Below the pieces are notes generated by a model. The model was not told the DNA's origin, did no database searches, and saw only the letters and a program-made list of their open reading frames with translations. This document shows positions 1 through 24,762 of a stretch of 64,000 nt of DNA, one piece after another. The translations under genes and the position numbers were made by a program. The stretch's first letter is position 1. Each line of letters opens with the position of its first letter. This stretch comes from the human T2T-CHM13v2.0 reference genome, Homo sapiens. The DNA is taken from the NCBI RefSeq assembly GCF_009914755.1, contig NC_060942.1; one strand, given 5' to 3'.

Positions 1-198
1 AACATGGTGAAATGCTGTCTCTACTAAAAATACAAAAATTAGCTGGGTGTGGTGGCACGCACCTGTAATCCCAGCTACTCAGGAGGCTGAGGCAGGAGAA
101 TTGCTTGAACCCAGGAGGCGGAGGTTGCAGTGAGCCAAGATCGCGTCACTGCACTCCAGCCTGGGCAAGACAGCAAGACTCCGTCTCAAAAAAAAAAT
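1..198 (+). mobile_element. Alu (cut by window edge)
   Basis: Alu linker, right arm and A tail. Confidence 0.95.
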
Positions 199-199
199 T

Positions 200-352
200 A
201 GAAAACAGCCACCCCTATTCATTTATGTATTGTCTATGGTTGTTTATAGCAGCTTTTGCAGAATTGAGATGCAAAAGAGATCATATGGCTCACAAAGCTT
301 GAACTGTCTATTATCTGGCCCTTCATGGGAAGAGTTTGCTAAACTCTACTAT
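200..352 (+). mobile_element. MER58-like hAT-Charlie DNA transposon fragment
   Basis: attcatttatgtattgtctatgg...tattatctggccctt...gtttgctaaactct resembles the MER58A 3' half. Confidence 0.7.
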
Positions 353-354
353 AG

Positions 355-1009
355 GCCATCTAAACATAATTGACATTTATAGAACACTATACCCAATGAT
401 AGCAGAATATACATTCTTTCCAATTGCACATGGTACGTTCACTAAAAGAGACCAAAATTGGCCATAAAATATCTCTCAGTATACTTCAAAAGATTGAAAT
501 CTTACAGTGTATGTTCTTTAACCATAAAGGAATTAAAATAGAGATCAATAAATATATCTAGAAAAGCCACAGATATTTAGAAATTAAACTACACACTTCT
601 AAGTAATATATGGGTCAAATAAGATATCTGGGTTAGAAAATATTTCAAACTGAATGATAATAAAAAGTAGCAGACTAAAGTTTAGGTGCTGCAACTATAC
701 CAGTGTTTAGAGGTCAATGTGCAGCTTTAAAAATTATATTAGAAAGGGAGAGAGTCTTAAAATCAATGAGCCAAATTCCACTTTAAGAGCCCAGGAAAAG
801 CAGAGCAAACTAAACACAAAGTAAGTAGAAGGAAAGAAAGAATAAAGATCCATGTAGAAATTGATAAAATTGAAAATAGAAAAACAATAGAGAAAATTAA
901 CAAAGCAAAAAGCAAGTCTTTTAAAAGATTAATAAAATTGAAGTTTCACACAAGACTAATCAAGAAGAAAAGATACAAAACAAAATTTACCAATAACAGG
1001 AATTAGGTA

Positions 1010-1010
<1 letters not shown>
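355..1010 (+). mobile_element. Old L1 (L1M) ORF2 endonuclease-region fragment
   Basis: gacatttatagaacact...gcagaatatacattctt...gcacatgg; A-rich L1 sense composition. Confidence 0.8.
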
Positions 1011-2680
<1,670 letters not shown>

Positions 2681-2965
2681 TGTAGCCCATTATATTAACG
2701 TAATAAAGGGAAAAAATAATATATCAATTGATACAGAAAAGGCATTGGACAAAATTCAATACCCATTAATGATGAAAAAATGTTTTTCACTCTCAGCAAA
2801 CTAGGAAAAAAAGACAACTTGTTTAATTTAATTGCAGGCACCTACAAAGAAAAAACTACAACTGATAATTCCTACTGATTGCTAAACATTTTCCCCTAAT
2901 ATTGGAAAGAAGGCAAAGTTCTCTATTCTTACAGCTTCTACTGTACTGGACATCCTGGATAGTTC

Positions 2966-2992
2966 AATAAGGAAAAAGAAAAAGAAAGAAAG

Positions 2993-3055
<63 letters not shown>

Positions 3056-3167
3056 AAAAAAAAAAAGAAAGAAGCAGGAAGGCAGAAAGGCAGGAAAAGA
3101 ACAAAGGAAGGGAGGGAGGGAAAAAGAAAAAGGAAGGAAGGGAGGGAGGGAAGAAAGAAAGAAAGAG

Positions 3168-3206
<39 letters not shown>

Positions 3207-3321
3207 AGGAAAGAAAAAAAAAGAAAGAAGCAGGAAGGCAGGAAGGCAGGAAAAGAACAAAGGAAGGGAGGGAGGGAAAAAGAAAAAGGAAGGAAGGGAG
3301 GGAGGGAAGAAAGAAAGAAAG

Positions 3322-3368
<47 letters not shown>

Positions 3369-3510
3369 AAAAAAGAGAAAGAAAGAGAAAGAAAGGAGGG
3401 AGGGAAAAAGAAAAAAAAGAAAGAGAGAAAGAAAGAACGGAAGAAAGAGAGAGAGGGAGGGAGGAAGAGAGAGAGAGAAAGAGAGAGAGAAAGGAAGGAA
3501 GGAAGGAGTT
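2966..3510 (+). repeat. Polypurine (GAAA/GGAA/GGGA)n compound microsatellite with an internal 156-bp duplication
   Basis: Almost pure A/G on the + strand; the gaagcaggaaggc... block recurs at 3071 and 3227. Confidence 0.95.
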
Positions 3511-4159
3511 GAAAAAGAAGCAATAAATACATTCCTATTTGAAAATGGTATGATCATTGGCATAGAAAATCCTAAAGAATCAACAACAAAAACCTTCTAG
3601 ATCAAATACAGCAGTTAAACTAGGTTCCTCCTACCAACTAATACATCAGTTTAACTAACTCAATGTACAAAAATCAATAGTATGTCTATATACTAGTAGA
3701 AAACACTGGAAAAGTGTTGACTTCTAAGACATATCTACAAAAAAAGAAAGAAAAAACTGGAAAAATGGAATTTAAAAAATAATCTCATTTATCATACCAT
3801 CAAAAACATAAGAAAAAGTTTGAATACATTCAATAAAAGATATGCAAGCCCTGTACATTGAAAATAACAAAATATCATTGAGATAAGTTAAACAAAACCT
3901 AAATAAATGGAAATATATCGTTTTCATAGATTGAAAGATTCAATATTGTTAAGATGCCTCCCCATACTGATCTACAGTTTCAACTCAATGTCGATAGGTT
4001 TTTCTTAGAAATTGACAAGATGATTCTAAAATACATATGGATGTGCAAAAGATCTAGAATATCTAAAACAATCTTGAAAAAGTAGAATAAAGTCAGCTGG
4101 GAACTTATATTACCTGACTTCAAGGTTTACCACGAAGTTATAGTAATTAAGACATTGTA

Positions 4160-4470
<311 letters not shown>

Positions 4471-4958
4471 TCAAGACAACAGAATAGGATATCCAGAAAT
4501 AAATTTGCAGTTAAATGGTCAGTTGATTATTGACAAAGGTGCTAGAGAAATTTAACAGGGAAAAGTAGGTTTTTAAATAATGGTTCTGGGCTCCCATAAC
4601 TCATACCATACAAAAATTAATTTGAGATGGCTCATAAATCTAAATATAAACACTTAAACACTCAAGCTTTTAGAAGAAAACCTAGGAGAATATTTTGTGA
4701 TCTGGGGATAGACAAGTAATAACCATAAGAGAAAAAAGTAATAAGTTAGATTTCATCAAAACAAAAACTTCTCCTCATCAAAAGACACCATTAAGAAAAT
4801 GGATAGTCAAACTACAGACTTTTATGAAGAATATAAAATGAACACTTACAATTAGATCATAAAAGCAACACAATTTTTTAAAAATGTACAAAAGAATGAA
4901 GACTTCACAGAGAAGTCAAACAAATGGCCAATAAACACATGAAAATTGCCCAATATCA

Positions 4959-5327
<369 letters not shown>

Positions 5328-6276
5328 CTAATGAAGATAAACATGCTACTACCCTCTGACTAAGAAATTCCATTCCTAGTTACTTAACCAAGAAAAAATA
5401 GGTTACAAAAAGACTTGTATAAGAATGTTTATCACAGCTTTATTTATAATAGCCAAAAACTGGAAACAGTCCAATGTCCATCAACAGGTTAATGAATAAA
5501 CAGCATGTGGTATGTTTACAAAATGGAATACTACTCAGCAATAAAAAGGAACAAACTACTGATGCACACAAGATGGATGAAACTCACGGTAAAAGATGTA
5601 CATACTATTTTCTTCCATTAGTGTAAAGTTCTAGAAAGTTGTAACTAATCTATGTGAAAGAGTATGTACTATATTACTCCACTTTTGAAGTTCTAGAAAG
5701 ATAAAACTAATATATGTTAAGAGATAAAGAGAGAGGGGGCAGTGGTGGCTTCTTCAAGGGATGTTCAAAAGGAAAGAATATTAGCGAAACTTCCAAGGTG
5801 AAAGAAATCTTGATAGAATGTGGTTTATCTTCTGGGGTGATGGAAATATTCTATATCTTTACAGGGGTGTTTTCATTTTTTAATTTGTACGGTTAAGATA
5901 TGTACATTTCAATATAGGTACATTTTACCTAAAACTTTCTAAAATAATTATAATAATTGAATGGGGAGTAGGGAGAGGTACAGATGAAACCAATGCCAAG
6001 ATGCTGATAGTTATTGAAGTTGGCAGTTGGATATATGAGGGTTTATCATAACATTGTGTTTGTTTTGTATATGTTTGAAATTTTCCAGAATAAAGTTTTT
6101 AAAATAAAACATGAATAAATATAACAAATTCACTGCCAACAATTGTCAATTCATACCAGTCTAGTTTTATTTTCATCCCCTCAGCTTTCTTTCCTTCCAA
6201 AATGATTTTGCAGCACATCCCAGAAACTTATTTCAACTGTAAACATTCAGTGTACATCTTTAAAATACAAGTTTCA

Positions 6277-6620
<344 letters not shown>

Positions 6621-6794
6621 AAAACACCATGATAACTCTAAAAAGTTAAAAATGGTTCCTTAGTATTATCAACTACCCATCAGTCTCATAAATAGCATAA
6701 ATGATGGTTTTTATAGTTTGTCTAAATCAGAATCCAAGTAAGGTCCACACATTGCAAATGGGTGATAGATGTTTTATGTGTTTTAGGGCTATTG

Positions 6795-7092
6795 TTGTTG
6801 TTTGAAACAGGGTCTTGCTCTGTCATCCAGGCTGAAGCACAGTGGTGCAATCACAGCTGAGTACAGCCTCAACTTCCCTGGCTCAAGCAATCTTCCCACT
6901 TCAGCCTCCCAAGTAGCTGGGACTACAGGTGCATGCCACCACACCTGGCTAATTTTTTTTTTTTTTTTTTTTTTGTAGACATGGGGTCTCAATATATTGC
7001 TGAAACTGGTCTCACACTCCTGGACTCAAGCGATCTTCCTGCCTCAGCCTCCCAAAGTGCTAAGATTACAAGCATGAGCCACCATGCCTGGG
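6795..7092 (-). mobile_element. AluJ
   Basis: Reverse-complement Alu with an expanded T linker. Confidence 0.9.
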
Positions 7093-7477
7093 TGGTCATA
7101 GATCTTTTAAGCCCTTTTTATTGTTTCTCTCTCTCTCTTTGGCTTTACAATTTTTTAGGGATGTTTATTTATTTCTTAAATTGACAGATAAAATTATATG
7201 TATTTATCATTCACATGATATATATATATATATACATATATACACACGTTGAAGTATATATACATTGTAACATTGAAGAATGACTAAATCTAGCTAATTA
7301 ACATATGCATCACCTCACATAGTTAACATTTTGTGGTGAGAGTACTTATCCATTCTTGTATATTTTTTTCAAGAATAAGCTTTGCAATTTATTTGTTGAA
7401 GAAAAGCAGTTATTTTTATGTGGAGTTTCACACAGTCTGGATTTTCCTAAACTGTATCCCTTTGGTGTGGTTTAACA

Positions 7478-7824
7478 TAGGGGTCCCCAATCCCCAGGCC
7501 ACTGACCAGGACCAGTCAGTGCCCTGTTAGGAAAGGGGCTGCAAAGCAGGAGGTGAGCAGCGGGCGAGTATTATCACCTGAGCTCTGCCTCCTGTCAGAT
7601 CAGCATGGCATTAGATTCTTGTAAAACCACGAACCCTATTGTGAACTGCACATGCAAGGGATCTAGGTTGCGTGCTGCTTATGAGAATCTAATGCCTGAT
7701 GATCTGAGATGGAACAATTTCATCCTGAAACCATCCCCTCCCACCCACCCCCTTGCCCCCCATCTGTGGAAAAACTGTCTTCCATAAAACCAGTCCCTGG
7801 TGCCAAAAATGTTGGGGACCACTG
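7478..7824 (+). mobile_element. MER1B-like hAT-Charlie MITE
   Basis: TIRs taggggtccccaa / ttggggaccactg; 8-bp TSD gtttaaca / atttaaca. Confidence 0.88.
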
Positions 7825-8514
7825 ATTTAACAGGTTCCTCTGTCCTCTGCATTTTTTGTCATTTGGTAGTTAGATTCAGAGGCTTGATCAGGTTTAGGTT
7901 TGATTTTAATGGCAAGACTACTTCATGGTTGGTAGTGTGTTCTTCCATCAGGAGGCACATGCATGCCCGCTTGCCTCTTCTTTTGAGATAGGTTAGTATG
8001 ACAGTCAGTTATTAACAGTAGAGTCTAAAGGGCAGCAGGGGAAAAGAAAGAGAAAGGGAGGAGACAAAGAAACCAAAATAAACAAAAAGTTACATAGAAA
8101 GGCAGAGACATGTAAATGATGACTTAGAGACCAGATGGGGATTTGTACAGAGATTACCAGGAGCACAGAGATGGAGAGGCACAGGGAGATACAAGCAGAA
8201 ACTGATGGACGGATGGCTGATATTGCCAGGGCCAAGTAAGATAGAGGATGAGATCTATTCCATCTGCTGACACAGGTGCAGGGCAAGAAGCAAAACTGCA
8301 GTACATGGATGGAGACACAGGAGGGAGAAACAGAGGCACCAAGGCAACAGGGGCTTAAAAAGCAAAAATCCTCCCCTTCAAGGAACCCCTTGCTGCTATA
8401 GGTAGCCATGTGACTCAGATTTGGGGAAAGAATCAGAGGCTTCCCTTCCTAAAAAAAAAAAAAAGAAAAAAGGAAAAAGAGCAAAGGCTTCTGGACTTCC
8501 TTATTTCCACCTGG

Positions 8515-8670
8515 AAGAAAGATGCCATGCCTGGAGGTTCAGCAGCCATCTTGCAACCACAAGGATGGGACCACATGCTAAGGATGTTGGAGCAGGAAGA
8601 CTGAAGGAGCCTATGTCTCTGGTGACCTCCCTCAGCCCAGGTCTCGATTGCCCCCTCCACAGACTTCTCG
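8515..8670 (+). mobile_element. MLT1 (ERVL-MaLR) LTR fragment
   Basis: cagcagccatcttgcaacca...catgctaaggatg...gaaggagcct motif. Confidence 0.6.
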
Positions 8671-8674
8671 GAAT

Positions 8675-9078
8675 TCTTTCTTTCCTTCCTTCCTTTCTCT
8701 TTCTTTCTTTTCTTTCTCTCTCTCTTTCTCTCTTCTTTATCTCTCTCTCTTTATCTCTCTCTCTCTCTTCTCTCCTTCTTTCTTTTTTTTTTTTTTAAAT
8801 GGAGTTTTGCTTTCGTTGCCCGGGCTGGAGTGCAATGGCCTGATCTTGGCTCACCGCAACCTCCGCCTCCCAAGTTCAAGCGATTCTCCTGCCTCAGCCT
8901 TACTGAGTAGCTTGGATTATAGGCATGTGCCACCATGCCCAGCTAATTTTGAATTTTTAGTAGAGATGGGGTTTCTCCATGTTGGTCAGGCTGGTCTCAA
9001 ACTCCTGACCTCAGCTGATCCACCTGCCTCGGCCTCCCAAAGTGCTGGGATTACAGGCGTGAACCACCGTGCCTGGCC
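8675..9078 (-). mobile_element. AluS with an expanded CT-rich tail
   Basis: Reverse-complement Alu; TSD acttctcgga on both sides. Confidence 0.92.
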
Positions 9079-9354
9079 ACTTCTCGGATCTCTGATTGGA
9101 GCCCCTTCTGGTAGTTTGCTGACCCTTCCTAAATGACATACCTGTGATGGACTCTAGTTTTTCTGTGAAGCAGTGGGTGAGATATAGGATGATAAGGGCA
9201 TGGGGAAGAACCGAAATGGCTTTAGGGGAATGGGTGATATGACCAAGGACATTTGAAATTGGCAACCCTTTATTTGGCTGTGCCTTTTTCCAACAGCATT
9301 CTAGTTTGTTTCTACAACTCATTCAGTTTGTTTACCCTAAAAACTCTATACAGG

Positions 9355-9829
<475 letters not shown>

Positions 9830-10584
9830 TTATTACTTATGGAGGGTGGGTGATGGATTCATTCCACTGTTTTTACTACTTTTGTACCTCTGAAATTTTC
9901 CATGATGAAAAGATATTTTTAAGGAGCAAAATGAATGAAATTGAAAACTAAACTCCTAACTACTACAGGCAGTGCATGATTCATAAGTATACATCTCACA
10001 AAGAAAAACCTTTCAGAAGCCAAAACAGGCAGCCAACAGTAGAGCAAGTCTACAAGGCTGGTGGCTGTAGAGCAAGTGTCTGGGCACTGATCCCCACTTC
10101 TGAGTCTGTACTGGCACAGGGGTGGCCTTCCTCATCCCTGGCTCTGCTCAGGACTCCAAGTGCTTCCTCTGCCTCTCACCCAAAATCCACTATACTCAGC
10201 TGGACAATGCCTGCTCTAGGGCCTGGATTCGGGCCTGACCCACAGAGCGGCAGTGTTGTCTTTTGACTGACTTTGGCCAACTCAAGTTGGTGAAAGTTAT
10301 GTGGAACTGAAAGAGTTCCTAACATGCACACCAGACAAAGATGAATTTAAGTCAGTGTGATGACAAAATTCATCCACATAGAGCAAAAGCTGTGATGACT
10401 TTCAGATGCTGGAGTAGACACTCAAGAAAGTACTGATGTTTCTCCAAATCATAAAATCATTGATGAATAGTTCATTTCTACATCTCCCCAGGCTTTTCTT
10501 TCTTCCCCTTCATCATCAATATTTGTGACAGGAATTCCCAACTGTTTCAGAATTACTGACATGCTCATGCTTATGTGTTTAACG

Positions 10585-10995
10585 CTCCCTCCTCCTCCTC
10601 CTCCTTCTTCTTTGTTTTCTTCTTCCCTTCTTCTTTTTTCTCCTTCTCCTTCTTCTTCTTCTTCTTCCTCTTCCTCCTCCTCCTCCTCTTCCTCTTCTTC
10701 TTTTTTTTTTTTGAGATGGAGTCTTGCTCTGTTGCCCAGACTGGAGTGCAGTGGCATGATCTCGGCTCACTGCAACCTCCACCTCCCAGGTTCAAGTGAT
10801 TCTCTGCCTCAGCCTCCTGAGTAGCTGAGACTACAGGTGCACCCCATCAAGTCCAGCTAATTTTTGTATTTTTTGTAGAGACAGGCTTTCTCCATGTTGG
10901 CCAGGCTGGTCTCAAACTCCTGGCTTCAAGTGATCCACCTGCCTTGGCCTCCCAAAGTGCTAGGATTACAGGCATGCACCACTGCGCCCGGCCAA
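10585..10995 (-). mobile_element. AluS with a (CTT/CCT)n-expanded tail
   Basis: Reverse-complement Alu preceded by a pyrimidine triplet tract. Confidence 0.9.
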
Positions 10996-11029
10996 CAATC
11001 CATTCTTCTAAAGAGACTCTCAACTGGGA

Positions 11030-11135
11030 GCCAGGCATGGTGCACTCTCCTGTAGTCCCACCTACTAGGGAGTATCACTTGAGCCCAGCAGTTTGAGACC
11101 AGCCTGGGCAACATAGTGAGACTCTGTCTCTGAAG
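11030..11135 (+). mobile_element. Alu monomer (FLAM-like)
   Basis: Short Alu-like monomer. Confidence 0.75.
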
Positions 11136-11939
11136 GAAATAAATGAAAATAAACAGACCCTCTGGTGTAAGTTATTTTTAAATCAAAATTAGCTTGTCAA
11201 ATATGCATCAATTTGTCTTAATGATTCTAAGAACTTCTTCTTACCTCTTGAGAGAAGTGGAGTGGTGATGGCTGCTGGTGCCGAGCAGCATGTGAGATGG
11301 GCACATGGGGAGCAGCACTGGATCCTGGACCACCGGGCCTTCCCTGGGTTGTAGGGGCCTCATGTCGATAGGCAAGCACCATGCCTTTTGTACTCTCGCC
11401 TCCACGTTCCATGCACATATTGCGTGAGTGCACAGATGATACTTAAAATGATCTAGAATTATATTTAGTTATAGTCCTATCCCCTTCCTTTCCAGATGAC
11501 TAAACTGAGGCACAGCCAAGCTGAGTAAAGTTTGTTCAAGGTCATGAAGCTGAATAGTAAGAAAACCAGAATCCAGGTGCACTAGCAGATCTTTGAAGTC
11601 ATCCTGCCTTCCTGTTGAACCAAAAAAATAATAATTCCTGGGTAGGGAATAGATAAAGCACAGGGTTTCTAGAGAAAGGAGAAGTGGTGCTAAAAAGAAA
11701 TTACAGGAAAGCTTGATATTTTAGGCAGAGGAGTTTACATGGACGCCTAGTGCCAGTTTTAGAACAGGGAAATAATGCAGAGAAAATTAATGTGTTGGGG
11801 AAACCGGGACTCAGAAACACATCCTTCCCTTGAGGGCTTGTGAAGTGCTGGAAAGTCTATAGCAGGTAAACGAGGCAAGGAGAGGACCAGTAGGAAGAGC
11901 ATGGGGTTCTGAGCCAGAGGGAGCTGGATCAGGTCCCAC

Positions 11940-12597
11940 ACCACCTGCATGGCTTTGGCCTAGTGACTCCATCTCTCTGAGCCTCAGTCTCTGTGCATGT
12001 GAAGTGGGGATGACAACAGTGCCTGCCTCCCAGGGCCTCTCTCTCATTGTAAGAACTCATGCATTCAGCAAATCCTTATAGAGTCCAGGCCCTGGGCTAG
12101 GAATCACATATGGAACAGCAAACAGGACAGACACAGTCCAGCTGCCAGGGGTTCATTCTGGAGGGGAACAGGTAAACAATGAGTAAATAACGTAATCTCA
12201 GATATAAGTTTACTGTGACAACAATACAAGCCAGTAAGGACAAAGAATGACTTGTTGGGTGGGGTCAGGGAGGAATTATTTATTGGAGTAGTCAACGAAG
12301 GCCTCGCCTTGGAATGATGAGGAAACGCAGCCATGGGAAGGACCCTCATTCAAAGCAAAGAGCAGCAAGAGCACTGGGGTGGGTCTGAGCAGGGCATGTT
12401 TGGGAGACAGAAGACCAATGTGGCAAGAGCAGTGAGACGGTGGCCAGGTGAGACAAAGTGAGTCTGAGGTGGGGACAGCAACCTGCCCAGACAGGGCTCT
12501 GGAGAGCATGGTGAGGCACTGGTGTTCCAAGCGCAATAAGGAGCCCTGAGAGGCTCCGAGCAGGAACATTCCATGTTCAAAAAGTAATTAACATTTT

Positions 12598-12600
<3 letters not shown>
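11940..12600. mobile_element. MIR fragment followed by an L2 fragment
   Basis: ctctctgagcctcagtctctg (MIR core); cattcagcaaat...ccaggccctgggctagg...aacagcaaacaggacag (L2 3' end). Confidence 0.65.
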
Positions 12601-13937
<1,337 letters not shown>

Positions 13938-14117
13938 ATTGGACTGGGAGAGATAAAAGAGGAAGCAGGAAACGAATGCAGAGGGCCATAGCAGGGGTGC
14001 AGGCAAGAGAAGAGGGTGGCTGTGGTGGTGCAGAGAAGCGGGCAGTCATGATTTACTTCTGATGAAGAGCCAGCAGGACCTGAGGACAGACCAGCTGCAA
14101 GCCGTGGGAAGGAAGAA

Positions 14118-14515
14118 GCAGCACTGTAACATGTCCATAATGGCCCCAACGCCCAAGCTGGAAGGTTGTGGGTTTACAGGAATGAGGGCAAGCAACACCT
14201 GGCCCGCCCAGGGCGGAAAACCGCTTAAAGGAATTCTTAAGACACAAACAAAAGCATGAGCGATCTGTGTCTTAAGGGCATGTTCCTGCTGCAATTAATT
14301 CAGCCCATCCCTTCCTTTCCCATAGGGGACTTTTAGTTAATTTAATATCTATAGAAACAATGCTAATGACTGGTTTGCTGTTAATAAATATGTGGGTAAA
14401 TCTCTGTTCAGGGCTCTCAGCTCTGAAGGCTGTGAGACCCCTGATTTCCCACTTCACACCTCTATATTTCTGTGCGTGTGTCTTTAATTCCTCTAGCGCC
14501 ACTGGGGTCTCAGCA
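14118..14515 (+). mobile_element. MER9 (HERV-K HML-3 LTR), 5'-truncated
   Basis: gcagcactgtaacatg...gcccaagctggaaggttgtgggtttac...aataaatatgtgggtaaatctctg...ggtctcagca matches the recalled MER9 consensus. Confidence 0.88.
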
Positions 14516-14921
14516 CATGCACACATATTGGATTTCATTTTCACATTTTCCCTCTTTCTGCTTTATTAGTGACCTAGAAACAGATACAACTATGTAAAAA
14601 ACAAAACAAAACAGAACTTCTATATGGTGTAGTGGCATTTCTCCTATGCCATGGTGGTGTTGTGAGGATTAAATAAATTAATACACGTTAAGATGCTTAG
14701 AAAAGTGCCTGGCACATATACAGTGCTCATTGCATATTATTTTTATTTCAATTCAAATGGAAAAAGACTAGTTTACCTAGCATGGGGCTTTTGTATAACT
14801 TACTATCCATTTTGAAAAAATGTCAGATGCTCTTACATTTAAGTGAAAATACATTTCATATCAATTAAATATGTGCATGGAAGAAATCATACTAGAAAAG
14901 TATGAGAAAAACATCTGATTA

Positions 14922-15337
<416 letters not shown>

Positions 15338-16108
15338 TTAAAAAGTTATAAATTATGCCAAAGATAAGGAAGAAGAAAATATTGCATCACATATGACAAG
15401 CAGAAAGTGAATTTCACCAAAATAAAAGATCTTCTAAAAACTGATAATCCAACAAGAGATTTCTCTTCATAAGAGAAAATGCAAACCATCAAGGGATAAA
15501 TGAAAAGAGGATTTGCCTTTCACCTATCTAATTTGACCCAGCCTTCTTAGTCATTGATGCTGGGAATATGAATTGCTACAACCTTTTCTGGATGATCTGG
15601 CATATAAAAAATGTGCATATTATTCTACCCAGTAATTTATCTTTTAGGAATTCAGACAAAAGAAATAAAACCACCAGTACTGTATTAACTAGCAAAGCAC
15701 GAATTTTTTTCCAAATGAACATCAATAGGAAAATAAAATATGGTTATTTATTAAATAAATTAAATTATGTTTCATTACATTTTGTAATATGTTCAGCTAT
15801 TTAAAAGCATGTACTAACTTGAAAAGATGTCTGTGGCCTGCTGTTAAGGAAAAAAGACAAGTTATACAGTAAGGAACTAACATTTTACTTTTGGTTTTGG
15901 TTTTGTGTGTGTGTTTGGTTTGTTTCTTTTTGTTGTGGTCGTGGTAAGTGGTGGGGGGTAGCATATTTATACACGTACTTAAGTGTATAAGGACATAGGT
16001 AGAGGAGACACCCAATTATTCATGTTGATCGCCTCAGAGAAGTGGGATGGAAAGGTGGGAAGAGCAGGGAAAATAACTTTTCTTCGGAAAAAGTTAAAAT
16101 GCCTATAG

Positions 16109-16833
<725 letters not shown>

Positions 16834-16854
16834 GCAGGCTAAATAAGGGTCCAC

Positions 16855-17680
16855 TATCCAGAACATACACATTAAAAGAACCTTACAACTTATCAACAAA
16901 AAGACAACTCCAATAAAAAATGAGCAAAGAACTTAAACAGCCAAAGATACATAAATTGCCAACAAGCACATGAAAAGCTGCTCAAAAGCATCAGTAGTCA
17001 GGGAAATGTTAATCAAAACCACAATGAGATGCTACATCATACTCACTAGGAAGGCTAGATTTAAAAAAAAAAGAAAAAGAAAAGCAAATGTTGGTGAGGA
17101 TACGGAGAAACTGGAACCCTCATTAAGCACAGAATTACTACATAACCCAGCAGATCTACTCTTAGGTATTATACCCCGAAGAACAGAAAAAAGGCACTCA
17201 AACAAATGCATGTACACACATGTTCACAGCGGCATTCATTCATAACAGCCAAAAAGTAGAAACAATTCAAACGTTCAACTGATGAATGGATAAACCATTG
17301 TGATACCGCCATACAATGGAATATTATTCAGCCATAACAACGAATGAAGTACTGATACGTGCTGCAAGGTGGATGAACCTGATACATTATGCTAGGTGAA
17401 GGAAGCCAGACACAAAAGGTCGTGTGTATGATTCCATTTACATGAAATGCCCAGAATAGGTAAATCCATAGAGACAGAAAGCGGACTGGTGGTTGCCAAG
17501 GCCTGGGAGGGAGAGGAGGATTGGCCGTAAGTGCTTCATGGAGTTGGCTGTCCTTCGGCGAAATATTTTGGAAATAGCAGAATGGTGCTTGCACAACATT
17601 GTAAATTTACTAAACGCCACTGAATTGTTCACCTTAAAATGGTCAATATTACGTTATGTGAATTTCACTTTAATTACAAA
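16855..17680 (+). mobile_element. L1M(B/E) 3' end
   Basis: aaaaccacaatgagat, aatggaatattattcagccataa, gtaaatccatagagacagaaagc. Confidence 0.85.
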
Positions 17681-18228
17681 AAGAGAAACGCTAGCGTTTA
17701 CGCAGGCGGAGGGCAGGCTGGACTGGGGACGCTCCTCCCGGCCGCCTCGTTGCTGGCAGCGCTTCCGCCCGCCGGCGCACCAGTCAGTACCGCGCCCGGC
17801 GAATGTGGAGGGCGAAGCTGCGGCAGGGCAATCACAAAAGGGCTGTCAGAGAGGAGGCGAGGCGGGAGGAAGATGGAGAGGCGGGTGGGAGCCTCACCTT
17901 TGGACTCTATCGCCACAGCCCGGTCTAGCCGCTACGCCCGAGCTCAAGTCTGACTCGAAACTCCGCTGGGTGCCTGAGAGGACCCGGCAGGCCAAGGGGT
18001 GGAACTGAGGGGGCGGGGACGCGGCGGGCGGGTGGGGCCGCCTCCCGGCTGGGCACGCCTCCAAGCCAGACTGGACGCGAAGGAAACCGGAACCTGTCTG
18101 CCTACGGTGCCTGTTTCCGGAAGCAGCTTGAGTCCGGACACCAACGACGGGGACGCTGGGAAGCCGACTTCCGGCGCCCTATTTTCTCACCTGGTTCCCG
18201 CGGCGAGCCAGCGGCAGCGGCGGCGGCG

Positions 18229-24508
<6,280 letters not shown>

Positions 24509-24756
24509 GAAATGCCTGATGTCAATTCTGAAACTAAAGTTGGTAAAACAACTTTTTAAACTCTTATTCATTTTTTGAATACATGGAAACTAGATCTGAA
24601 TGCAAACTTTTCTTGGCATCCTTCAGTGTTTATGGGGAAAATACCTCATTAGTGTGAATACCTGAAACCTGCCTACCTCATAGGACAGCTGTGAGGATCA
24701 AAAAATATATGAAAGTTCCTTGTAGATACATATCTATAGATATATATGTGTATGTA

Positions 24757-24762
24757 TATAAA
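24757..24762 (+). terminator. Probable variant poly(A) signal (TATAAA) of C18orf21, cleavage ~24780
   Basis: No AATAAA seen in the proximal 3' UTR; TATAAA is followed ~20 nt later by a GT/T-rich tract (gtagtggcattactgttttttcttccttt). Confidence 0.5.

Noticed and set aside
2882-3563. Longest ORFs in the track (216 and 199 aa, F/L/S-rich)
   Set aside because: Translations of the (TTTC)n strand of a microsatellite; no coding signal
5590-5720. Degenerate ~65-bp tandem duplication (aagttctagaaag...aactaat)
   Set aside because: Lies within an L1 3' UTR; no sign of function
10449-10824. Poly-E, poly-K/R and poly-S ORFs
   Set aside because: Products of a (CTT/CCT)n-expanded Alu tail
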